Program-made: the position numbers and the translations under genes
Notes under the pieces: model-generated
Seen by the model: the letters and a program-made list of their open reading frames with translations, nothing else
What the model was told of the DNA's origin: nothing
The model's database searches: none
From: the human T2T-CHM13v2.0 reference genome, Homo sapiens
DNA: 64,000 bases
Assembly (NCBI RefSeq): GCF_009914755.1
Contig: NC_060927.1
Direction: 5' to 3' (one strand)
Shown here: piece after piece, positions 55,570-64,000 of the stretch
Layout of the letters: every line of letters begins with the position of its first letter
How positions within the stretch are numbered: position 1 is the stretch's first letter

Positions 55570-56865
55570 GGGTTAGTAATATGTATTTATTTCCTAGCTG
55601 TGTCTGCTGAGACAGGTCTAGAGGTAATGACATCCCACTAGCAGCAAGTCTACCTACTGTCCAGATCTTACTTTCTAAATATCATCCTTCAACAAAAGGT
55701 ACCAGGGCTTCTTTGGAAAATCACTGATTCTAGGGTTGTTGCAGGGAAAAATGTAAGAGAAGCCTGGAGCATTTTGTAGTGCTAGAAAGTAGGGAAGTGC
55801 TCCAAAGAATGGGGGGCCAGGGAGGCGGGTACATCAAAAAGAAACGGGAGAAAATCAGAGTTGCCAATGACCAAAGCTAGAACAATTTGACCAAATAAAT
55901 AAATAAATAACGATAGCATTGGATTTAACCCAAAAGAAAGTTAAATACGTGAGTTCAGACTGATATAAATAAATTATAAAATACATATACCAGAGAGAAG
56001 GGACAAATCCTTCTTACAGAAGAATTTCAATTAATTTATGTTGAAGGATTGAGGGAAATAGAAAATCACTAATAGAACACCACAATAATTTCCACAGGCA
56101 AGATCCATCAATTCATGTAAAACTTAAAGAGAAATATGTTATTTGCATAGCTTCAAAGTATCTCCCCCAAAATATTTATTAATTACTATAGTGATTTTAT
56201 TATATGTCCACAAATTCTTTGATATTTCTCCCTCTAGGAGTTCAAGCTTAACTCCCAACCCCTTGAGTGTGGGCTAGACTTAGTGACCTGCTTCTAAGGA
56301 ATAGAGTATGGAAAGAGGAAAATAGCAACATTACAGGAGAGAAACCTGAAAGCAACTTAACCAAGTGATCACAGAATCACTGGTAATAACTCTTGTTGAT
56401 ATCATGTGCCCCCAATACAGTATGATGAAAAGACCCATCATCTCGGTGATATTTATCCTCAAAATCTATAATCTTACAACAATTATGAGAAAATATAGAC
56501 AAACCCAATTTGAAAGGAAGCAAGTCTACAAGATACTTAACCAGTACTTTACAAAAGTGACAAGGTCACAAAAGACAGCACAAGACTGAGAAACTCACAG
56601 ATTGGAGGAAGCCAAAGAGACATCATGGCTGAGATCATGGTGGTGGAACCCTGGTTTGGATCCTGGAACAGAAAAAAAGAACACTAAGTGGAAAAACTGA
56701 TGAAATATAAATAACATAATAAAAATCTATAATTTAATTAATGGTATTGTACGACTATTAATCTCTTAAGTTTTAAAAAATGGACCATTATTATGTAAGA
56801 TATTAACGTCAGGGGAAGCTAGGTAAAGGTTACTTGGGAACTCTCTGCAACTTTTCTAAAATTAT
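55570..56865 (+). mobile_element. L1MC/MD-type 3' region
   Basis: tttcctagctgtgtctgctgag...gcctggagcattttgtagtgc; gatattaacgtcaggggaagctaggtaaagg..ggaactctctgcaactttt. Confidence 0.75.
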
Positions 56866-56868
56866 TTT

Positions 56869-57205
56869 GGATGGGTGTGGTGGCTCATTCCCCCTGTAAT
56901 CTCAACACTTTAGAAGGAAAGGGCAGCAGGATTGCTTGAGGTCAAGAGTTCAGCCTTGGCAATGTAGAAAGACCCCATCTTTACAAAAACGTAAAAATAA
57001 AAAATAGCCAGCATGATGGCACCTTCCAGTAGTCCTAGCTACTCAGGAGGCATAGCCAGGAAGATTGCTTGAACACAGGAGTTTGAGGCTGCAAGGTGCT
57101 AGAATTGCACCACTGTACTGCAGCCTGGGAAACAGAGGCAGACACTGTCTCAAAAAAAAAAAAAAAAAGAAAGAAAGAAACAGAAAAGAAAAGAAATAGA
57201 AAAAA
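56869..57205 (+). mobile_element. AluJ full-length SINE with A/GAAA tail
   Basis: J-type motifs ggattgcttgag and gagtttgaggctgca; highly diverged. Confidence 0.9.
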
Positions 57206-58339
57206 TACTTCGAAATACATAGTTAAAAAAATCTAAAATTTGACCACTTTTCGCCAATAAAATTGCCTCTTTGGTACAAGCCACCATGATCTTTCTTCTG
57301 GTTTATTTCAATAGCTTCCTTGCAGGTCTCTGCTCTGTGCTCCTCACCCACCACCTGTAAGTCTTAAATCTACTCTCGACAAACCAAGTAGAGTTATTCC
57401 TTTAAAATGTAAATCAAATTATTTAAGTCTTTTGCTCAAAACCCTGAGCTGGCTCCCTATTTCCATCAAAGCAAAAGCCAAAATCCTTATGGTGACACAC
57501 AAGTCCCTGATGATTATTTTTCTCCCATGGTTGCTTTAACCTCATTTCCTACCACCACAGACCTCATTCTCTGGGTTCCCACATGCTGGCCTCCTTGCTA
57601 TTCCTGGAAAATACAGACACATAGGCCTTGGATCCATTTGCTCCCATGGCCTGGAGCATATATTCAGATATCTTCCTGGCCCACTCCCTTACCTTCTTTC
57701 CTAGACAAAGATTTTTATATTGTGAAGAGACCCAAACCTCTGTAATCCAAATCTCCCAATGCTTTGCTAACTTTTCTCCTTCTCAAAGCACATTTAGTGT
57801 TTTCCGTAAATTGGGGTTTTTCCTTTCATGATAATTGTTTGCTATTTGTTTCTCCTGATTAGAGTGTAAATTGCCCTCCATGGGAGAAGGAATCTTTGTC
57901 TTTTTTTTAATCCACTGATAATCCCAAGTACCTAGAACAGTATCTGGCACATGGGAAATGCATAACAAATTGTTAAATTGAGTTTAAACTGACACATTAA
58001 GGTCCCTAGGGTATGGAACAACCTTCAAGTGGTGTCAGAATACCTAGAAACTTTCATATAATTTTTTTCTTTTTCAGTCCATGTGCATTTAAATAGAGCC
58101 AACACCTCAGGCTGACAGTGACCAACATTCCTGGTTTACCCCAAAATGAGGCATTTCCAGGAAATATATAAGTTCAGTCTTTGCAAGGGATGCCGCACCA
58201 GCCAGTGGGGCATTTAGACAGTAACCCCAAAGAAGGATGTCTCAGGAAATTGTTCCATGGCTCAATACTTTAGGAAAATGCTCCATCTTGCACCCATCAT
58301 CTCTATAGCCACCAGAGAAAGGGATCATTAAATGCCAGT

Positions 58340-58600
58340 TCAGAGGATATAACCAGAGAATTGTGCCTAACCCAAATCCTGTTTATTTAAAAAAATTAAT
58401 ATATAGCATTTTAAATACAGAGATTTCACATTAAAGAGAAGATATTTTCAGTTTCTCTTGAAAAATGGGAAGATCTGGTAATGCTGGTCTCAAGTTCTTC
58501 CATGCCAAAAATTGCTTCCAAATCTTCAGTCTCCACCTAGCCAGTTTTACTCTTTTCCTCACCTGAGCCCTGACAACATTTGAATTCATAACTCAAACTT
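58340..58600 (+). mobile_element. MER102-like remnant
   Basis: ttttcagtttctcttgaaaaatgggaagatctggtaatgctgg. Confidence 0.6.
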
Positions 58601-59914
58601 TAGCTGAAAGGCAGAACAGAAAAAAAATGCTTTAGGAATGAATTCATATTTTGGATCCACAATTAGTAAATTTTTTAGATAAATGTTTAGAGTTTTATCT
58701 ACCTGACGTTTGAAAATACCAGAGAATTTCACTGATATTACAATATAAAGATATGAGTTTTAAAACATATAGATTATGTTGTTTAAAGGAAACCAATAAA
58801 AGAGAGCCTATACCTAAATCTTTAATTTTATAGTTATAGTTTTTAGAAGCCCAGAATAAATAATGTTTTTAAGCTAGAAAGAAAGAAATGTCTATTTTTT
58901 CAGTATGTCTCTTTTTGAGGAAAAGGAAAGGGGGAATTTATGCTAACCAGAAAGTTATTATCTTCTCTTGGAAGGGGAAACACACCTAGAAATGTCATTT
59001 TCTTTTCTATGAATTGGATGAAAGGAAATCAGTAACACTTGCATTACTTATATTAACTTTTTATCCAAAAATCCAAGAGTCCTGCAAAATGGTGCTCTTA
59101 GATCAAAAAGGTATATATTATGTTAGTTTCTCTACCTCTTCATGTTTTAATTTCTTTTCAATTGGCAGCTGTCTTGGATTTGCTCTTGCATATATTTCTT
59201 AGCTTAATGCTAAGTGAAATCAGATGAGGAAATAAAATCAAGTCATCATAAAAAGATCTCAAAACCTGCATAAGTCTTTAAACCTTGTCAGAAACCCTAC
59301 TTTGATTTTCTAAAGTCCAACTCAAAGCAAATAATTTTATCTTACTATACATTTTCATTTTCTTTTATTTACTCTGAGGTTCATATTTATCTAGAAATAT
59401 ATGCAATTCTAGCAATCAGAATTAAATAGTATCCCTATTTATTCAATACAAATCATTTTCTTGAGATAGGCTTTAAATAGATTTCCTTAGTGTAATAGAC
59501 AACAGTATAAACTGAAGGCTGTAGTATAAACATGTCTGTTTTGTTTTACCATACAATATTCTTTTAAATATGAGTTTCAATAGATTTAAGCAGGAAGGAA
59601 TACACTCTTCATTTGTTAACACAGTTGTCACTATTCTCTATTTTCTTACATTGGTTTTATATTACCTATGCCACCTTGTTGGCCCCAAAGACTTGTGAGT
59701 TTATGACTTATGAATTATCGATGAATGTAGCTACTTGGTATTCACCACAACTAAATTAAAATGAGATTCAGAAAGAGTAAAACCTATCTGTAATTTTTAA
59801 CTTAAAAAGAAATCCACGGATTTCAAGAAACAGATTTTGTCAAGTTTTTATAGACACATGACTGTGCTGAGATGATATTTTAGGAAAAGTTAGGGAGGTC
59901 ACTTGGAAACAGTG

Positions 59915-60546
59915 TGTATTGGTCAGGGTTCTCCAAAGGCACAGAACAAATAGGATGGATGGATGGGTGGATGAATGGATGGATGGATGGATGGATGAAG
60001 AGATAGAGAGATACAGAGAGACAGAGAGACAATACAGAGATAGAGGGAGAAAGAGAGAGATGGGAGTGATTTATTAGGAGAATTGGCTCACTTAATTATG
60101 GAGGTTGAAAGCTCCCACAACAGGCCACCTGCAAACTGGGCAACTTGGGATGTTGGCAGCATGGCTCAGTCCAAGTTTGAAAGCTTTAGAAGCAAGGAAG
60201 CCAGTGGTGTAATGCTCAGTCCAAAGCTGAAGGCCTGAGAACCTGGAGGTGCCATTGGCATACATTATGGACTCCAAAGGCCCAAGAGTCTGGAGTTCTG
60301 ATGTCAGAAAAAAAAAGTGTCCTGGCTCCAGGTGAAAGAGAAATCCTTTCCTCTTTTTGCTCTATCTGGCCCCCAGCCAACTGGATGGTGCCTGCCCACA
60401 TTTTGAGAGAGGATCTTTCCTGCTCAATCCACTGACTTACACACCAATCTCCTCAGGAAATGCCCTCACAGACTCACCCAGAAGTAATGCTTTAGCTATC
60501 TAGGTATTCCTTATGCAGTCAAGTTGACATAAGATTAATCATGACA
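59915..60546 (-). mobile_element. MLT2B-type ERVL solo LTR with internal (GGAT)n and (GA)n
   Basis: tgtattggtcagggttctcca...cagtcaagttgacataagattaatcatgaca; 5-bp TSD cagtg at 59910-59914 and 60547-60551. Confidence 0.9.
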
Positions 60547-60725
60547 CAGTGGGTCTCAACCTTGAGCATCAAAATCATCTGAAGAACTTGTCAAAACATG
60601 ATTGCTGCGCTCTACCCCCAGAGTTTCTTATTCAATAGGCCTGGAGCCCAAGTATTTGCATTTCTAACAAGTTCCAAGGTGATGTCAATGCTACTTGTCT
60701 AGGGAACAAACTTTGAGAACCTATG
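60547..60725 (+). mobile_element. MER5A DNA transposon
   Basis: cagtgggtctcaacctt...tttgcatttctaacaagttccaaggtgatg...actttgagaacc. Confidence 0.85.
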
Positions 60726-60856
60726 AAATAAGAAATACTCAGGGACTTTTAAAAGAAGGAAACTTCTTTGTCAAATTTATTTTTCAAGACACACATGCAT
60801 ACCCATACAGATTTTTTCTTTATAAAATGATTGAAAATCTTTTAGATAGAACTTAG

Positions 60857-61230
60857 TGTCTGTGTAGCTGCCCAAATCTCACATCAAATTGTAATCCCCA
60901 ATGTTGGAGGTGGGGCCTGGTGGGAGGTGATTGGGTCATGGAGGTGGATTTCCCCTTTGGTGCTGCTCTCGTGGAAATGAGTTATCTCAAGGTCTGGTTG
61001 TTTAAACATGTGTGGCAGCTCCCCTGTCTCTCTCTCTTCCTCCTGCTCTGGCCATGTGAAGATAAGCCTGTTTCCCCTTCACCTTCTGCCATGATTGTAA
61101 GCTTCCTGAGGCCTCCCCAGCCATGCTTCCTATACAGCCTGTGGAACTGGGAGCCAATTAAACCTCTTTTCTTTGTAAATTACCCAGTCTCATGTATTTC
61201 TTTATAGCAGTATGAGAACGGACTAGTACA
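60857..61230 (+). mobile_element. MSTA-like MaLR solo LTR
   Basis: ttgtaatccccaatgttggaggtggggcctggtgggaggtgattgg...gagaacggactagtaca; TSD cttag on both sides. Confidence 0.9.
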
Positions 61231-62799
61231 CTTAGAGCAAAAATATCAGTAGCAAATTACTGAGAATCAATAAATAAGATTTAGAGTGACTTCAGGAGAT
61301 GGGTTAGAAAGGTGGTTTGAGGGAGTAAGTTTTACAAATACGGAGTATGCTGACTTTAGATAAACCAAACTCTACCTAGACATTTCTGGACAAAGACGGG
61401 GTTTGGGACACTGACAAAGATGATTCATACAACACAGACCTTTGGTCTGGTTGGGACAAAAACATTTTTATCAACTTGCTAGTAAGAAAAAAAATTGTGT
61501 TAACCCACCTCTGTTATGATCTTTTATTAAATGATGGCCAAACATGAAAAAATAAAGCACGACACACAGAATAGTTTTGTCAAAAGTTAATTAACTGCAA
61601 CAAGATTGATGATTACTGAGCCTTCATGTTTTCATTGTTGTTCAAGTCCTTCCCCAGGCAGTGACCAACTCAATATGCCATCTATCCCAAAGGCAGAGGA
61701 ATTCTGCCAGATTTTCCAGGGCCAAATATTGAGTAGGATTTTTCTTTACTGTTTTCTTAGACTAAGACAATTAACCAGAAGGACATTAATGCTTTCATTA
61801 GCTGGAATATGGTCTTCTTTAAAAAAAAAAAAAAGGAAGAAATTTTAGTTGATAATAGTTAAGCAAAATTGTTTTAGGCAGTAAGTTTAAAATGCTTCTC
61901 GGTAGCTAAATTTCTTAAAGTGACATCAGAAGAAAACATGGACATGGTTTAAAATATAACACTTGAGCTTTTCCTACACTTGACCGTGGGTCTGCCTTTC
62001 TCGAGATAATGCACCACAGAGCCTTGTTTTCTCCCTTGACTCTCCTTTGTTCCTATTACCTGACATATTTACACACCACACCACACCACACCACTTTTGT
62101 TTCTCAAAAGTTGTCACTATCAGTGGCAATGAAGTTATAAGGATTAATGAACTGTAGCTGCTGCTAACGCTGTTGCTGTTGTTGTTTTTAAACTTCTTTG
62201 GATTCCTGGATAAGAGTCACCACTGGAATACCCACTGATTTTATTTTCTCTTTTGTCTAACATGAGTTTATTTAGATGTGGATTTTTAAAAAAACTATAT
62301 GAACGAATTACCTTTGTGAGTATTCTTGCATCATACCTAAATGAGGGGCTGTGACTCAAAGCCTCTAAACTTGAAGTATTTTTAAGTTATAACTTTCTAG
62401 ATATGTGCACCAGACAACCCCCAACGTGAGACTTTTAGAGCTCTCACATCATCTTCACTATATGCCCACCTGCAGTTCACACTCAATCAAGATTGATAGG
62501 AAAATAATATACCTCCCTTAGTCTTACTTTAAAAAGGAGAAGAAGAAAGCTATTGAGCACCTCACACCAAGTAGAGCTGCTGACAGAGCTTTAAGTATGT
62601 GAAGATATAGTCTAATCAGATATAAAAATGTAAGCAACATAGAGAAGTACAACAACATAAATTAGATCTAAACAATTTCTTATAGGAGTACCATGCTTTC
62701 ACCCTTTCTATCAGGCTTAAATATATACCACTGTGAGATGGCATATGCAAAAACAGGAGACTATACAATATAATGCATTTATAACATAGTGATTAATAT

Positions 62800-63185
62800 A
62801 ACATGGTGATTAATGGAGCCTAGTGAATCTCCAGGCTCAAAAGGAGCCTTGCTGGATTCAAGTCTGACACTGACAAACTGTGTGTCTGGCGCTTCTTATT
62901 TGACGTCTCTGAACCCCAGTTCTCTCATCTTTAAATGGAGATTATAATCACACCTACTTAAAGGGGACAGCATGAAAGTTAAATGAGATAACACATGCAA
63001 AATGCTTACAGCAATACCTCGCACATGCTTCAGAGACCTGGATCAAGAATTCAACTTCTGCTGAGCAAGTGACCAGCTGAGAAACTCTGGGCAAGTGAGC
63101 CTCCATAAGTCTCATCTCGTACATCTGGATATACCTACCTTTCATAAGAAACAAGTGAGATAACATATAAGAAAACACTTTTACA
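62800..63185 (+). mobile_element. Two tandem MIR SINEs
   Basis: tctctgaaccccagttctctcatctttaaatggagattataat...aaatgagataacacatgcaaaatgctt, followed by a second, more decayed copy. Confidence 0.75.
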
Positions 63186-63254
63186 ACTGTAACGTGCACC
63201 CTATTTTATAAATACATTGAAATCATTTTGGATTGATACCCACTGAGCGGCTAG

Positions 63255-63392
63255 TACCGCTTAGTGATTACCTCTGGGAAAGAGAGTAGAATTGAAGATA
63301 GGTAAAGGGCATTTGAGCTTTTTACTTCATGCTGTATTGTTTAAAATTTTCAGGGAGATGAAGTTCATTTATTACACATGTATCTTTTAATA
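63255..63392 (+). mobile_element. L1ME-type 3' end fragment
   Basis: agtgattacctctggg...ctgtattgtttaaaattttc...ttcatttattac. Confidence 0.5.
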
Positions 63393-64000
63393 ATAGAATC
63401 CTCTTCATATGTTATTGTTATTATGGAGAACTATGCAAGAATCTAAAAACTTTAACATCCAGGGATTGTAGTCTTCTTTCCAGCACCTGTGTGAATATCT
63501 CTGTACAGTACTTACAACATAAAACCTCTCAATTCACTATCTGTATCTGCAGATACAGGGAAAGGTTTAAAGTTCCATGTCCTTTTGCTTCTTAGAGAAA
63601 GCTCACATTGAGCCAAAATTTAAAAGCTGGAATGAGCCAGTTAAATGAATTTGGGTTTTGGGAAAGGGGATGACGTATATTAGGGTCAAAAGGGGCTCCT
63701 ATCTAAAACAGAACATGAAACACTGGCTTGAAGCTAGAAATGGAAGCAGGCAATCCAAATATATTTGGCTAAGAACCTTAGTTTCTATGACACAGAGATC
63801 TTTATAAGTCAAGGGACAATATGAGACATGATGAAAATTATGATAATAATGACTACAATGATCTCTTACATTAGTTGTAAGATAATATATGATAATATAT
63901 GTAATTATGATAATAATGATTCAAATAATCTCTCACAGTCTCTGAGCACAGTGTCTAGCACCTATTGAATACTTTTATTGAGCATTCAGTAGGTGCTAGA

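Larger units (their letters stand above)
54210..57985 (+). mobile_element. LINE2 (pieces at about 54210-54875 and 57230-57985) split by L1MC, MLT1D and Alu insertions
   Basis: tcaaaaccttaagtcatcctggactcctctctttc; continues as tttgaccacttttc...acctagaacagtatctggcacat. Confidence 0.8.

Noticed and set aside
63836-63938. ~35-bp direct repeat (aattatgataataatga...atctct.aca) and the 17-bp tandem near 62781-62814
   Set aside because: Two copies only, in low-complexity AT-rich sequence; ordinary slippage products, not an array.

Overview
AT-rich, CpG-depleted primate genomic DNA, most likely human or great ape (it contains AluY-like and L1PA2-like insertions). It is intergenic or deep-intronic and more than half transposable element. 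I can identify no known protein-coding gene, tRNA, rRNA, CpG island or CRISPR array; the recognisable ORFs in the track are Alu, L1, ERVL, Tigger or CR1 debris and the rest look like chance ORFs. Main elements: two decayed full-length minus-strand L1s (17.5-24.0 kb and 32.0-38.7 kb), a young truncated L1PA2 (7.5-8.5 kb), a two-LTR ERVL provirus (43.1-52.8 kb) carrying a near full-length Tigger2 that itself carries two Alus, and many Alu, MIR, L2, MaLR and MER elements. Structures that plain repeat annotation does not explain: (1) a ~255-bp inverted repeat at 40.06-40.89 kb whose left arm is fused to a ~155-bp copy of sequence lying 2.5 kb downstream; (2) a candidate minus-strand exon/promoter just beside it (38.8-39.5 kb); (3) an inverted block inside an L1 that retains 54 bp of an otherwise deleted THE1 LTR; (4) an L1 3' transduction with a perfect 15-bp TSD; (5) a tandem duplication with a templated filler at 54.4-54.7 kb; (6) a three-monomer Alu. 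These look like rearrangement and retrotransposition fossils plus a possible unannotated transcript; I cannot support a claim of a new biological system from sequence alone. Subfamily names come from recalled consensus motifs, not alignments, and boundaries of old elements are approximate.
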